Source: Eledone cirrhosa
Lineage: Eukaryota
Assembly (NCBI GenBank): GCA_964016885.1
Contig: OZ024744.1
Location: 98,208,001-98,272,000, forward strand
DNA length: 64,000 bases
Reading direction: 5' to 3'
Positions within the stretch are counted from its first letter, which is position 1. Each line of letters starts with the position of its first letter. A program made the translations under genes and the position numbers. A model generated the notes under the pieces. That model worked only from the letters and a program-made list of their open reading frames with translations, ran no database searches and had not been told where the DNA came from. Shown piece after piece: positions 23,401 to 38,400 of this stretch.

Positions 23401-26400
23401 TGTGCTTTTTGTCATGTCTTTTACACGTTCCACTTTACAGTGTGGGCTGGGTGTTTTTCGTCGTGTCTTTTACATGTCCACTTTACAGTGTGTCTGGGTG
23501 TTTTTTGTCGTGTCTTTTGTATGTCCACTTTACAGTGTGGGCTGGGTGTTTTTCGTCGTGTCTTTTACATGTCCACTTTACAGTGTGGGCTGGGTGTTTT
23601 TTGTCGTGTCCTTTACATGTCCACTTTACAGTGTGGGCTGGGTGTTTTTTGTCGCGTCTTTTACACGTCCACTTTACAGTGTGGGCTGCGTCCTTTTTGC
23701 CATGTCTTTTACATGTCCACTTTACAGTATGGGCTGGGTGCTTTTGTCAAGTCTTTTACATGTCCACTTTACAGCGTGGCTGGGTGCTTTTGTCGTGTCT
23801 TTTACACGTCCACTTTACAGTGTGGGCTGTGTCCTTTTTGCCTTGTCTTTTACATGTCCACTTTACAGTATGGGCTGCGTGCTTTTTGCCATATCTTTTA
23901 TATGTCCACTTTACAGTGTGGGCTGTGTGCTTTTTGTCGTGTCTTTTACACGTCCACTTTACAGTGTGGGCTGGGTTTTTTTCCAGGTCTTTTATATGTC
24001 CACTTTACAGTGTGGGCTGGGTGTTTTTTGTCGCGTATTTTACACGTCCACTTTACAGTGTGGGCTGGGTGCTTTTTGACATGTCTTTTACACGTCCACT
24101 TTACAGTGTGGGCTGGGTGCTTTTGTCATGTTTTTTACATGTCCACTTTACAGTGTGGGCTGGGTGCTTTTGTCATGTCTTTTACACGTCCACTTTACAG
24201 TGTGGGCTGGGTGCTTTTTGTTGTGTCTTTTACACATCCACTTTACAGTGTGGGCTGCGTGCATTTTGCCGTGTCTTTTACATGTCCACTTTACAGTGTG
24301 GGCTGGGTGCTTTTTGTCATGTCTTTTACACATCCACTTTACAGTTTGGGCTTGTTGCTTTTTGCCTTGTCTTTTACACGTCCACTTTACAGTGTCGGCT
24401 GGGTGCTTTTTGTTGTGTCTTTTACACATCCACTTTACAGTGTGGGCTGCGTCCTTTTTGCCATGTCTTTTACATGTCCACTTTACAGCGTGGCTGGGTG
24501 CTTTTTGCCGTGTCTTTTACATGTCCACTTTACAGTGTGGGCTGGGTGCTTTTTGTTGTGTCTTTTACACATCCACTTTACAGTGTGGGCTGCGTCCTTT
24601 TTGCCATGTCTTTTCCATGTCCACTTTACAGTGTGCGCTGGGTGCTTTTTGGCGTGTCTTTTACACATCAACTTTACAATGTGGGCTGGGTGCTTTTTGT
24701 TGTGTCTTTTACATGTCCACTTTACAGCATGGCTGGGTGCTTTTGTCATGTCTTTTATATGTCCACTTTACAGTGTGGGCTGGGTGCTTTTGTCATGTCT
24801 TTTATATGTCCACTTTACAGTGTGGGCTGGGTGCTTTTGTCATGTCTTTTACATGTCAACTTTACAGTGTGGGCTGGGTGCTTTTGTCATGTCTTTTACA
24901 TGTCCACTTTACAGTGTGGGCTGTGTGCTTTTGTCATGTCTTTTATATGTCCACTTTACAGTGTGGGCTGGGTGCTTTTTGTCGTGTCTTTTATATGTCC
25001 ACTTTACAGCGTAGCTGGGTGCTTTTGTCATGTCTTTTATATGTCCACTTTACAGTGTGGGCTGGATGCTTTTGTCAAGTCTTTTACATGTCCACTTTAC
25101 AGCGTGGCTGGGTGCTTTTGACGTGTCTTTTACACGTCCACTTTACAGTGTGGGCTGTGTGCTTTTTGCCTTGTCTTTTACATGTCCACTTTACAGTGTG
25201 GGCTGGGTGCTTTTTGCCTTGTCTTTTACATGTCCACTTTACAGTATGGGCTGCGTGCTTTTTGCCAAATCTTTTATATGTCCACTTTATAGTGTGGGCT
25301 GTGTGCTTTTTGTCGTGTCTTTTACACGTCCACTTTACAGTGTAGGCTGGGTGCTTTTTACCAGGTCTTTTATATGTCCACTTTACAGTGTGGGCTATGT
25401 GCTTTTTATCATGTCTTTTACACGTTCCACTTTACAGTGTGGGCTGGGTGTTTTTCGTCGTGTCTTTTACATGTCCACTTTACAGTGTGGCTGGATGCTT
25501 TTGTCATGTCTTTTACACGTCCACTTTACAGTGCGGGCTGGGTGCTTTTTGCCATGTCTTTTATATGTCCACTTTACAGTGTGGGCTCTGTGCTTTTTGT
25601 CATGTCTTTTACACGTTCCACTTTACAGTGTGGGCTGGGTGTTTTTCGTTGTGTCTTTTACATGTCCACTTTACAGTGTGTCTGAGTGTTTTTTGTCGTG
25701 TCTTTTGTATGTCCACTCTACAGTGTGGGCTGGGTGTTTTTCGTCGTGTCTTTTACATGTCCACTTTACAGTGTGTCTGGGTGTTTTTCGTCGTGTCTTT
25801 TACATGTCCACTTTACAGTGTGGGCTGGGTGTTTTTTGTCGCATCTTTTACACGTCCACTTTACAGTGTGGGCTGGGTGCTTTTTGTCATGTCTTTTACA
25901 CGTCCACTTTACAGTGTGAGCTGGGTGTCTTTTGTCGTGTCTTTTACACATCCACTTTACAGTGTGGGCTGGGTGTTTTTTGCCGTGTCTTTACACGTCC
26001 ACTTTACAGTGTGGGCTGGGTGCTTTTTGCCGTGTCTTTTACACGTCCACTTTACAGTGTGGGCTGGGTGCTTTTTGCCGTGTCTTTTACAAGTCCACTT
26101 TACAGTGTGGGCTGGGTGCTTTTTGTCATGTCTTTTACACATCCAGTGTGGGCTGCGTGCTTTTTGTCATGTCTTTTACACGTCCACTTTACAGTGTGGG
26201 CTGGGTGCTTTTTGCCGTGTCTTTTACAAGTCCACTTTACAGTGTGGGCTGGGTGCTTTTTGTCATGTCTTTTACACATCCAGTGTGGGCTGCGTGCTTT
26301 TTGCCGTGTCTTTTACACGTCCACTTTACAGTGTGGGCTGGGTGCTTTTTGCTGTGTCTTTTACACATCCACTTTACAGTGTGGGCTGCGTGCTTTTTGC

Positions 26401-29400
26401 CATGTCTTTTATATGTCCCTTTACAGTGTGGCCTGAGTGCTTTTTGCCATGTCTTTTATATGTCTACTTTACAGTGTGGGCTGGGTGCTTTTTGTCATGT
26501 CTTTTACATGTCCACTTTACAGTTTGGGCTTGTTGCTTTTTGCCTTGTCTTTTACATGTCCACTTTACAGTTTGAGCTTGTTGCTTTTTGCCTTGTCTTT
26601 TACACGTCCACTTTACAGTTTGGGCTTGTTGCTTTTTGCCTTGTCTTTTACACGTCCACTTTACAGTGTCGGCTGGGTGCTTTTTGTTGTGTCTTTTACA
26701 CATTCACTTTACAGTGTGGGCTGCGTCCTTTTTGCCATGTCTTTTACATGTCCACTTTACAGTGTGCGCTGGGTGCTTTTTGGCGTGTCTTTTACACATC
26801 AACTTTACAGTGTGGGCTGGGTGCTTTTTGTCGTGTCTTTTACATGTCCACTTTACAGTGTGGGCTGGGTGTTTTTTGTTGTGTCTTTTACATGTCCACT
26901 TTACAGTGTGTCTGGGTGTTTTTTGTCGTGTCTTTTGTATGTCCACTTTACAGTGTGGGCTGGGTGTTTTTTGTCGCGTCTTTTACACGTCCACTTTACA
27001 GTGTGGGCTGGGTGTTTTTTGTCATGTCTTTTACACATCCACTTTACAGTGTGGGCTGGGTGTTTTTTGTCGCGTCTTTTACACGTCCACTTTACAGTGT
27101 GGGCTGGGTGCTTTTTGTCGTGTCTTTTACACGTCCACTTTACAGTGTGGGCTGGGTGCTTTTTGTCATGTCTTTTACACGTCCACTTTACAGTGTGAGC
27201 TGGGTGTCTTTTGTCGTGTCTTTTACATATCCACTTTACAGTGTGGGCTGGGTGTTTTTTGCCGTGTCCTTTACACGTCCACTTTACAGTGTGGGCTGGG
27301 TGCTTTTTGCCTTGTCTTTTACATGTCCACTTTACAGTATGGGCTGCGTGCTTTTTGCCATATCTTTTATATGTCCACTTTACAGTGTGGGCTGTGTGCT
27401 TTTTGTCGTGTCTTTTACACGTCCACTTTACAGTGTGGGCTGGGTGCTTTTTGTCATGTCTTTTACACGTCCACTTTACAGTGTGAGCTGGGTGTCTTTT
27501 GTCGTGTCTTTTACATATCCACTTTACAGTGTGGGCTGGGTGTTTTTTGCCGTGTCCTTTACACGTCCACTTTACAGTGTGGGCTGGGTGCTTTTTGCCG
27601 TGTCTTTTACACGTCCACTTTACAGTGTGGGCTGGGTGCTTTTTGTCATGTCTTTTACACATCCAGTGTGGGCTGCGTGCTTTTTGTCATGTCTTTTACA
27701 CGTCCACTTTATAGTGTGGGCTGGGTTTTTTTCCAGGTCTTTTATATGTCCACTTTACAGTGTGGCTGGGTGCTTTTTGCCAGGTCTTTTATATGTCAAC
27801 TTTACAGTGTGGTTTGGGTGCTTTTGTCATGTCTTTTACATGTCCACTTTACAGTGTGGGCTGGGTGCTTTTGTCATGTCTTTTACACGTCCACTTTACA
27901 GTGTGGGCTGTGTGCTTTTTGTCGTGTCTTTTACATGTCCACTTTACAGTGTGGGCTGGGTGCTTTTTGCCATGTCTTTTATATGTCCACTTTACAGTGT
28001 GGGCTGGGTGCTTTTTGTCATGTCTTTTACATGTCCACTTTACAGTGTGGGCTGGGTGCTTTTTGCCTTGTCTTTTACACATCCACTTTACAGTGTGAGC
28101 TGGGTGTCTTTTGTCGTGTCTTTTACACGTCCACTTTACAGTGTGGGCTTGTTGCTTTACAGTGTGCGCTGGGTGCTTTTTGTTGTGTCTTTTACACATC
28201 CACTTTACAGTGTGGGCTGCATCCTTTTTGCCATGTCTTTTACATGTCCACTTTACAGTGTGCGCTGGGTGCTTTTTGTTGTGTCTTTTACACATCCACT
28301 TTACAGCATGGGCTGGGTGCTTTTTGGCGTGTCTTTTACACATCAACTTTACAGTGTGGGCTGCGTCCTTTTTGCCCTGTCTTTTACATGTCCACTTTAC
28401 AGTGTGGGCTGGGTGTCTTTTGTCGTGTCTTTTACATGTCCACTTTACAGCATGGCTGGGTGCTTTTGTCATGTCTTTTATATGTCCCTTTACAGTGTGG
28501 GCTGAGTGCTTTTTGCCATGTCTTTTATATGTCCCTTTACAGTGTGGGCTGAGTGCTTTTTGCCATGTCTTTTATATGTCCCCTTTACAGTGTGGGCTGA
28601 GTGCTTTTTGTCGTGTCTTTTACATGTCCACTTTACAGTGTGGGTTGGGTGTTTTTTGTTGTGTCTTTTACATGTCCACTTTACAGCATGGCTGGGTGCT
28701 TTTGTCATGTCTTTTATATGTCCACTTTACAGTGTGGGCTGGGTGCTTTTGTCATGTCTTTTATATATCAACTTTACAGTGTGGGCTGGGTGCTTTTGTC
28801 ATGTCTTTTACATGTCCACTTTACAGTGTGGGCTGGGTGTTTTTGTCATGTCTTTTATATGTCCACTTTACAGCGTGGCTGGGTGCTTTTGTCGTGTCTT
28901 TTACACGTCCACTTTACAGTGTGGGCTGTGTGCTTTTTGCCTTGTCTTTTACATGTCCACTTTACAGTGTGGGCTGGGTGTTTTTTGCCATATCTTTTAT
29001 ATGTCCACTTTACAGTGTGGCTGGGTGCTTTTTGCCAGGTCTTTTATATGTCAACTTTACAGTGTGGGCTGGGTGCTTTTTGTTGTGTCTTTTACACATC
29101 CACTTTACAGTGTCGGCTGGGTGCTTTTTGTCATGTCTTTTACATGTCCACTTTACAGTGTGGGCTGTGTGCTTTTTGCCTTGTCTTTTACATGTCCACT
29201 TTACAGTATGGGCTGCGTGCTTTTTGTCGTGTCTTTTACATGTCCACTTTACAGCGTGGCTGGGTGCTTTTGTCGTGTCTTTTACACGTCCACTTTACAG
29301 TGTGGGCTGTGTGCTTTTTGCCTTGTCTTTTACATGTCCACTTTACAGTATGGGCTGCGTGCTTTTTGTCGTGTCTTTTACATGTCCACTTTACAGCGTG

Positions 29401-32400
29401 GCTGGGTGCTTTTGTCGTGTCTTTTACACATCCACTTTACAGTTTGGGCTTGTTGCTTTTTGCCTTGTCTTTTACACGTCCACTTTACAGTGTCGGCTGG
29501 GTGCTTTTTGTTGTGTCTTTTACACATCCACTTTACAGTGTGGGCTGCGTCCTTTTTGCCATGTCTTTTACATGTCCACTTTACAGCGTGGCTGGGTGCT
29601 TTTTGCCGTGTCTTTTACATGTCCACTTTACAGTGTGGGCTGGGTGCTTTTTGTTGTGTCTTTTACACATCCACTTTACAGTGTGGGCTGCGTCCTTTTT
29701 GCCATGTCTTTTCCATGTCCACTTTACAGTGTGCGCTGGGTGCTTTTTGGCGTGTCTTTTACACATCAACTTTACAATGTGGGCTGGGTGCTTTTTGTTG
29801 TGTCTTTTACATGTCCACTTTACAGCATGGCTGGGTGCTTTTGTCATGTCTTTTATATGTCCACTTTACAGTGTGGGCTGGGTGCTTTTGTCATGTCTTT
29901 TATATGTCCACTTTACAGTGTGGGCTGGGTGCTTTTGTCATGTCTTTTACATGTCAACTTTACAGTGTGGGCTGGGTGCTTTTGTCATGTCTTTTACATG
30001 TCCACTTTACAGTGTGGGCTGTGTGCTTTTGTCATGTCTTTTATATGTCCACTTTACAGTGTGGGCTGGGTGCTTTTTGTCGTGTCTTTTATATGTCCAC
30101 TTTACAGCGTAGCTGGGTGCTTTTGTCATGTCTTTTATATGTCCACTTTACAGTGTGGGCTGGATGCTTTTGTCAAGTCTTTTACATGTCCACTTTACAG
30201 CGTGGCTGGGTGCTTTTGACGTGTCTTTTACACGTCCACTTTACAGTGTGGGCTGTGTGCTTTTTGCCTTGTCTTTTACATGTCCACTTTACAGTGTGGG
30301 CTGGGTGCTTTTTGCCTTGTCTTTTACATGTCCACTTTACAGTATGGGCTGCGTGCTTTTTGCCAAATCTTTTATATGTCCACTTTATAGTGTGGGCTGT
30401 GTGCTTTTTGTCGTGTCTTTTACACGTCCACTTTACAGTGTAGGCTGGGTGCTTTTTACCAGGTCTTTTATATGTCCACTTTACAGTGTGGGCTATGTGC
30501 TTTTTATCATGTCTTTTACACGTTCCACTTTACAGTGTGGGCTGGGTGTTTTTCGTCGTGTCTTTTACATGTCCACTTTACAGTGTGGCTGGATGCTTTT
30601 GTCATGTCTTTTACACGTCCACTTTACAGTGCGGGCTGGGTGCTTTTTGCCATGTCTTTTATATGTCCACTTTACAGTGTGGGCTCTGTGCTTTTTGTCA
30701 TGTCTTTTACACGTTCCACTTTACAGTGTGGGCTGGGTGTTTTTCGTTGTGTCTTTTACATGTCCACTTTACAGTGTGTCTGAGTGTTTTTTGTCGTGTC
30801 TTTTGTATGTCCACTCTACAGTGTGGGCTGGGTGTTTTTCGTCGTGTCTTTTACATGTCCACTTTACAGTGTGTCTGGGTGTTTTTCGTCGTGTCTTTTA
30901 CATGTCCACTTTACAGTGTGGGCTGGGTGTTTTTTGTCGCATCTTTTACACGTCCACTTTACAGTGTGGGCTGGGTGCTTTTTGTCATGTCTTTTACACG
31001 TCCACTTTACAGTGTGAGCTGGGTGTCTTTTGTCGTGTCTTTTACACATCCACTTTACAGTGTGGGCTGGGTGTTTTTTGCCGTGTCCTTTACACGTCCA
31101 CTTTACAGTGTGGGCTGGGTGCTTTTTGCCGTGTCTTTTACACGTCCACTTTACAGTGTGGGCTGGGTGCTTTTTGCCGTGTCTTTTACAAGTCCACTTT
31201 ACAGTGTGGGCTGGGTGCTTTTTGTCATGTCTTTTACACATCCAGTGTGGGCTGCGTGCTTTTTGTCATGTCTTTTACACGTCCACTTTACAGTGTGGGC
31301 TGGGTGCTTTTTGCCGTGTCTTTTACAAGTCCACTTTACAGTGTGGGCTGGGTGCTTTTTGTCATGTCTTTTACACATCCAGTTTGGGCTGCGTGCTTTT
31401 TGCCGTGTCTTTTACACGTCCACTTTACAGTGTGGGCTGGGTGCTTTTTGCTGTGTCTTTTACACATCCACTTTACAGTGTGGGCTGCGTGCTTTTTGCC
31501 ATGTCTTTTATATGTCCCTTTACAGTGTGGCCTGAGTGCTTTTTGCCATGTCTTTTATATGTCTACTTTACAGTGTGGGCTGGGTGCTTTTTGTCATGTC
31601 TTTTACATGTCCACTTTACAGTTTGGGCTTGTTGCTTTTTGCCTTGTCTTTTACATGTCCACTTTACAGTTTGAGCTTGTTGCTTTTTGCCTTGTCTTTT
31701 ACACGTCCACTTTACAGTTTGGGCTTGTTGCTTTTTGCCTTGTCTTTTACACGTCCACTTTACAGTGTCGGCTGGGTGCTTTTTGTTGTGTCTTTTACAC
31801 ATTCACTTTACAGTGTGGGCTGCGTCCTTTTTGCCATGTCTTTTACATGTCCACTTTACAGTGTGCGCTGGGTGCTTTTTGGCGTGTCTTTTACACATCA
31901 ACTTTACAGTGTGGGCTGGGTGCTTTTTGTCGTGTCTTTTACATGTCCACTTTACAGTGTGGGCTGGGTGTTTTTTGTTGTGTCTTTTACATGTCCACTT
32001 TACAGTGTGTCTGGGTGTTTTTTGTCGTGTCTTTTGTATGTCCACTTTACAGTGTGGGCTGGGTGTTTTTTGTCGCGTCTTTTACACGTCCACTTTACAG
32101 TGTGGGCTGGGTGTTTTTTGTCATGTCTTTTACACATCCACTTTACAGTGTGGGCTGGGTGTTTTTTGTCGCGTCTTTTACACGTCCACTTTACAGTGTG
32201 GGCTGGGTGCTTTTTGTCGTGTCTTTTACACGTCCACTTTACAGTGTGGGCTGGGTGCTTTTTGTCATGTCTTTTACACGTCCACTTTACAGTGTGAGCT
32301 GGGTGTCTTTTGTCGTGTCTTTTACATATCCACTTTACAGTGTGGGCTGGGTGTTTTTTGCCGTGTCCTTTACACGTCCACTTTACAGTGTGGGCTGGGT

Positions 32401-35400
32401 GCTTTTTGCCTTGTCTTTTACATGTCCACTTTACAGTATGGGCTGCGTGCTTTTTGCCATATCTTTTATATGTCCACTTTACAGTGTGGGCTGTGTGCTT
32501 TTTGTCGTGTCTTTTACACGTCCACTTTACAGTGTGGGCTGGGTGCTTTTTGTCATGTCTTTTACACGTCCACTTTACAGTGTGAGCTGGGTGTCTTTTG
32601 TCGTGTCTTTTACATATCCACTTTACAGTGTGGGCTGGGTGTTTTTTGCCGTGTCCTTTACACGTCCACTTTACAGTGTGGGCTGGGTGCTTTTTGCCGT
32701 GTCTTTTACACGTCCACTTTACAGTGTGGGCTGGGTGCTTTTTGTCATGTCTTTTACACATCCAGTGTGGGCTGCGTGCTTTTTGTCATGTCTTTTACAC
32801 GTCCACTTTATAGTGTGGGCTGGGTTTTTTTCCAGGTCTTTTATATGTCCACTTTACAGTGTGGCTGGGTGCTTTTTGCCAGGTCTTTTATATGTCAACT
32901 TTACAGTGTGGTTTGGGTGCTTTTGTCATGTCTTTTACATGTCCACTTTACAGTGTGGGCTGGGTGCTTTTGTCATGTCTTTTACACGTCCACTTTACAG
33001 TGTGGGCTGTGTGCTTTTTGTCGTGTCTTTTACATGTCCACTTTACAGTGTGGGCTGGGTGCTTTTTGCCATGTCTTTTATATGTCCACTTTACAGTGTG
33101 GGCTGGGTGCTTTTTGTCATGTCTTTTACATGTCCACTTTACAGTGTGGGCTGGGTGCTTTTTGCCTTGTCTTTTACACATCCACTTTACAGTGTGAGCT
33201 GGGTGTCTTTTGTCGTGTCTTTTACACGTCCACTTTACAGTGTGGGCTTGTTGCTTTACAGTGTGCGCTGGGTGCTTTTTGTTGTGTCTTTTACACATCC
33301 ACTTTACAGTGTGGGCTGCATCCTTTTTGCCATGTCTTTTACATGTCCACTTTACAGTGTGCGCTGGGTGCTTTTTGTTGTGTCTTTTACACATCCACTT
33401 TACAGCATGGGCTGGGTGCTTTTTGGCGTGTCTTTTACACATCAACTTTACAGTGTGGGCTGCGTCCTTTTTGCCCTGTCTTTTACATGTCCACTTTACA
33501 GTGTGGGCTGGGTGTCTTTTGTCGTGTCTTTTACATGTCCACTTTACAGCATGGCTGGGTGCTTTTGTCATGTCTTTTATATGTCCCTTTACAGTGTGGG
33601 CTGAGTGCTTTTTGCCATGTCTTTTATATGTCCCTTTACAGTGTGGGCTGAGTGCTTTTTGCCATGTCTTTTATATGTCCCCTTTACAGTGTGGGCTGAG
33701 TGCTTTTTGTCGTGTCTTTTACATGTCCACTTTACAGTGTGGGTTGGGTGTTTTTTGTTGTGTCTTTTACATGTCCACTTTACAGCATGGCTGGGTGCTT
33801 TTGTCATGTCTTTTATATGTCCACTTTACAGTGTGGGCTGGGTGCTTTTGTCATGTCTTTTATATATCAACTTTACAGTGTGGGCTGGGTGCTTTTGTCA
33901 TGTCTTTTACATGTCCACTTTACAGTGTGGGCTGGGTGTTTTTGTCATGTCTTTTATATGTCCACTTTACAGCGTGGCTGGGTGCTTTTGTCGTGTCTTT
34001 TACACGTCCACTTTACAGTGTGGGCTGTGTGCTTTTTGCCTTGTCTTTTACATGTCCACTTTACAGTGTGGGCTGGGTGTTTTTTGCCATATCTTTTATA
34101 TGTCCACTTTACAGTGTGGCTGGGTGCTTTTTGCCAGGTCTTTTATATGTCAACTTTACAGTGTGGGCTGGGTGCTTTTTGTTGTGTCTTTTACACATCC
34201 ACTTTACAGTGTCGGCTGGGTGCTTTTTGTCATGTCTTTTACATGTCCACTTTACAGTGTGGGCTGTGTGCTTTTTGCCTTGTCTTTTACATGTCCACTT
34301 TACAGTATGGGCTGCGTGCTTTTTGTCGTGTCTTTTACATGTCCACTTTACAGCGTGGCTGGGTGCTTTTGTCGTGTCTTTTACACGTCCACTTTACAGT
34401 GTGGGCTGTGTGCTTTTTGCCTTGTCTTTTACATGTCCACTTTACAGTATGGGCTGCGTGCTTTTTGTCGTGTCTTTTACATGTCCACTTTACAGCGTGG
34501 CTGGGTGCTTTTGTCGTGTCTTTTACACGTCCACTTTACAGTGTGGGCTGTGTGCTTTTTGCCTTGTCTTTTACATGTCCACTTTACAGTATGGGCTGCG
34601 TGCTTTTTGCCATATCTTTTATATGTCCACTTTACAGTGTGGCTGGGTGCTTTTTGCCGTGTCTTTTACATGTCCACTTTACAGTGTGGGCTGGGTGCTT
34701 TTTGCCAGGTCTTTTATATGTCCACTTTACAGTGTGGGCTGGGTGCTTTTGTCATGTCTTTTACACGTCCACTTTAGAGCGTGGGCTGGGTGCTTTTTGT
34801 TGTGACACCTACATAACCACTTTACAGTGTGGGCTGCGTGCTTTTTGCCATGTCTTTTATATGTCCACTTTACAGTGTGGGCTGAGTGCTTTTTGTCATG
34901 TCTTTTATATGTCCACTTTACAGTTTGGGTTGTTGCTTTTTGCCTTGTCTTTTACACGTCCACTTTACAGTGTGGGCTGGGTGCTTTTTGCCTTGTCTTT
35001 TATACGTCCACTTTACAGTGTGGGCTGGGTGCTTTTTGTTGTGTCTTTTACACATCCACTTTACAGTGTGGGCTGCGTCCTTTTTGCCATGTCTTTTACA
35101 TGTCCACTTTACAGTGTGCGCAGGGTGCTTTTTGGCGTGTCTTTTACACATCAACTTTACAGTGTGCGCTGGGTGCTTTTTGTCGTGTCTTTTACATGTC
35201 CACTTTACAATGTGGGCTGGGTGCTTTTTGTCGTGTCTTTTACATGTCCACTTTACAGCATGGCTGGGTGCTTTTGTCATGTCTTTTATATGTCCACTTT
35301 ACAGTGTGGGCTGGGTGCTTTTGTCATGTCTTTTATATGTCCACTTTACAGTGTGGGCTGGGTGCTTTTGTCATGTCTTTTATATGTCCACTTTACAGTG

Positions 35401-38400
35401 TGGGCTGGGTGCTTTTGTCATGTCTTTTACATGTCAACTTTACAGTGTGGGCTGGGTGCTTTTGTCATGTCTTTTACATGTCCACTTTACAGTGTGGGCT
35501 GGGTGCTTTTGTCATGTCTTTTATATGTCCACTTTACAGTGTGGGCTGGGTGCTTTTTGTCGTGTCTTTTATATGTCCACTTTACAGCGTAGCTGGGTGC
35601 TTTTGTCATGTCTTTTATATGTCCACTTTCAGTGTGGGCTGGGTGCTTTTGTCATGTCTTTTACATGTCAACTTTACAGTGTGGGCTGGGTGCTTTTGTC
35701 ATGTCTTTTACATATCCACTTTACAGTGTGGGCTGGGTGCTTTTTTCAAGTCTTTTACATGTCCACTTTACAGCGTGGCTGGGTGCTTTTGTCGTGTCTT
35801 TTACATGTCCACTTTACAGTGTGGGCTGTGTACTTTTTGCCTTGTCTTTTACATGTCCACTTTACAGTATGGGCTGCGTGCTTTTTGCCATATCTTCTAT
35901 ATGTCCACTTTACAGTGTGGGCTGTGTGCTTTTTGTCATGTCTTTTACACGTCCACTTTACAGTGTGGGCTGGGTGCTTTTTGTCATGTCTTTTACACGT
36001 CCACTTTACAGTGTGAGCTGGGTGTCTTTTGTCGTGTCTTTTACACATCCACTTTACAGTGTGGGCTGGGTGTTTTTTGCCGTGTCCTTTACACGTCCAC
36101 TTTACAGTGTGGGCTGGGTGCTTTTTGCCGTGTCTTTTATATGTCCCTTTACAGTGTGGGCTGAGTGCTTTTTGCCATGTCTTTTATATGTCCACTTTAC
36201 AGTTTGGGCTTGTTGCTTTTTGCCTTGTCTTTTACACGTCCACTTTACAGTGTGGGCTGGGTGCTTTTTGTTGTGTCTTTTACACATCAACTTTACAGTG
36301 TGGGCTGGGTGCTTCTGTCATGTCTTTTACATGTCCACTTTACAGTGTGGGCTGGGTGCTTTTGTCATGTCTTTTACATGTCCACTTTACAGTGTGGGCT
36401 GGATGCTTTTGTCATGTCTTTTACATGTCCACTTTACAGTGTGGCTGGATGTCTTGTCATGTCTTTTACACATCCACTTCACAGTGTGGGCTGGGTGCTT
36501 TTTGCCTTGTCTTTTACACGTCCACTTTACAGTGTGGGCTGGGTGCTTTTGTCGTGTCTTTTACACATCCACTTTACAGTGTGGGCTGGGTGCTTTTGTC
36601 GTGTCTTTTACACATCCACTTTACAGTGTGGGCTGAGTGCTTTTTGTTGTGTCTTTTACACATCCACTTTACAGTGTGGGCTGGGTGCTTTTTGCCTTGT
36701 CTTTTACACGTCCACTTTACAGTGTGGGCTGGGTGCTTTTTGTTGTGTCTTTTACACATCCACTTTACAGTGTGGGCTGGGTGCTTTTTGTTGTGTCTTT
36801 TACACATCCACTTTACAGTGTGGGCTGGGTGCTTTTTGCCGTGTCTTTTACATGTCCACTTTACAGTGTGGCTGGATGTCTTGTCATGTCTTTTACACGT
36901 CCACTTTACAGTTTGGGCTTGTTGCTTTTTGCCTTGTCTTTTACACGTCCACTTTACAGTGTGGGCTGGGTGCTTTTTGTTGTGTCTTTTACACATCCAC
37001 TTTACAGTGTGGGCTGCGTCCTTTTTGCCCTGTCTTTTACATGTCCACTTTACAGTGTGCGCTGGGTGCTTTTTGGCGTGTTTTTTACAAATCAACTTTA
37101 CAGTGTGGGCTGGGTGCTTTTTGTCGTGTCTTTTACATGTCCACTTTACAGTGTGGGCTGGGTGCTTTTTGTCGTGTCTTTTACATGTCCACTTTACAGC
37201 ATGGCTGGGTGCTTTTGTCATGTCTTTTATATGTCCACTTTACAGTGTGGGCTGGGTGCTTTTGTCATGTCTTTTATATGTCAACTTTACAGTGTGGGCT
37301 GGGTGCTTTTGTCATGTCTTTTACATGTCCACTTTACAGTGTGGGCTGGGTGCTTTTGTCATGTCTTTTATATGTCCACTTTACAGTGTGGGCTGGGTGC
37401 TTTTTGTCGTGTCTTTTATATGTCCACTTTACAGCGTAGCTGGGTGCTTTTGTCATGTCTTTTATATGTCCACTTTCAGTGTGGGCTGGGTGCTTTTGTC
37501 ATGTCTTTTACATGTCAACTTTACAGTGTGGGCTGGGTGCTTTTGTCATGTCTTTCACATATCCACTTTACAGTGTGGGCTGGGTGCTTTTGTCAAGTCT
37601 TTTACATGTCCACTTTACAGCGTGGCTGGGTGCTTTTGTCGTGTCTTTTACATGTCCACTTTACAGTGTGGGCTGTGTGCTTTTTGCCTTGTCTTTTACA
37701 TGTCCACTTTACAGTGTGGGCTGTGTACTTTTTGCCTTGTCTTTTACATGTCCACTTTACAGTATGGGCTGCGTGCTTTTTGCCATATCTTCTATATGTC
37801 CACTTTACAGTGTGGGCTGTGTGCTTTTTGTCACGTCTTTTACACGTCCACTTTACAGTGTGGGCTGGGTGCTTTTTGTCATGTCTTTTACACGTCCACT
37901 TTACAGTGTGAGCTGGGTGTCTTTTGTCGTGTCTTTTACACATCCACTTTACAGTGTGGGCTGGGTGTTTCTTGCCGTGTCCTTTACACGTCCACTTCAC
38001 AGTGTGGGCTGGGTGTTTCTTGCCGTGTCTTTTACACGTCCACTTTACAGTGTGGGCTGGGTGCTTTTTGTTGTGTCTTTTACACATCAACTTTACAGTG
38101 TGGGCTGGGTGCTTTTGTCATGTCTTTTACATGTCCACTTTACAGTGTGGGCTGGGTGCTTTTGTCATGTCTTTTACATGTCCACTTTACAGTGTGGGCT
38201 GGATGCTTTTGTCATGTCTTTTACATGTCCACTTTACAGTGTGGCTGGATGTCTTGTCATGTCTTTTACACATCCACTTTACAGTGTGGGCTGGGTGCTT
38301 TTTGCCTTGTCTTTTACACGTCCACTTTACAGTGTGGGCTGGGTGCTTTTGTCGTGTCTTTTACACATCCACTTTACAGTGTGGGCTGGGTGCTTTTGTC

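Noticed and set aside
26901-27662. Minus-strand Cys/His/Lys-rich repeat ORFs as zinc-finger or histone-like proteins
   Set aside because: The 16-aa period with one Cys does not fit C2H2 spacing (C-x2-4-C-x12-H-x3-5-H, ~28 aa). These ORFs exist only where 48-bp monomers happen to be consecutive.
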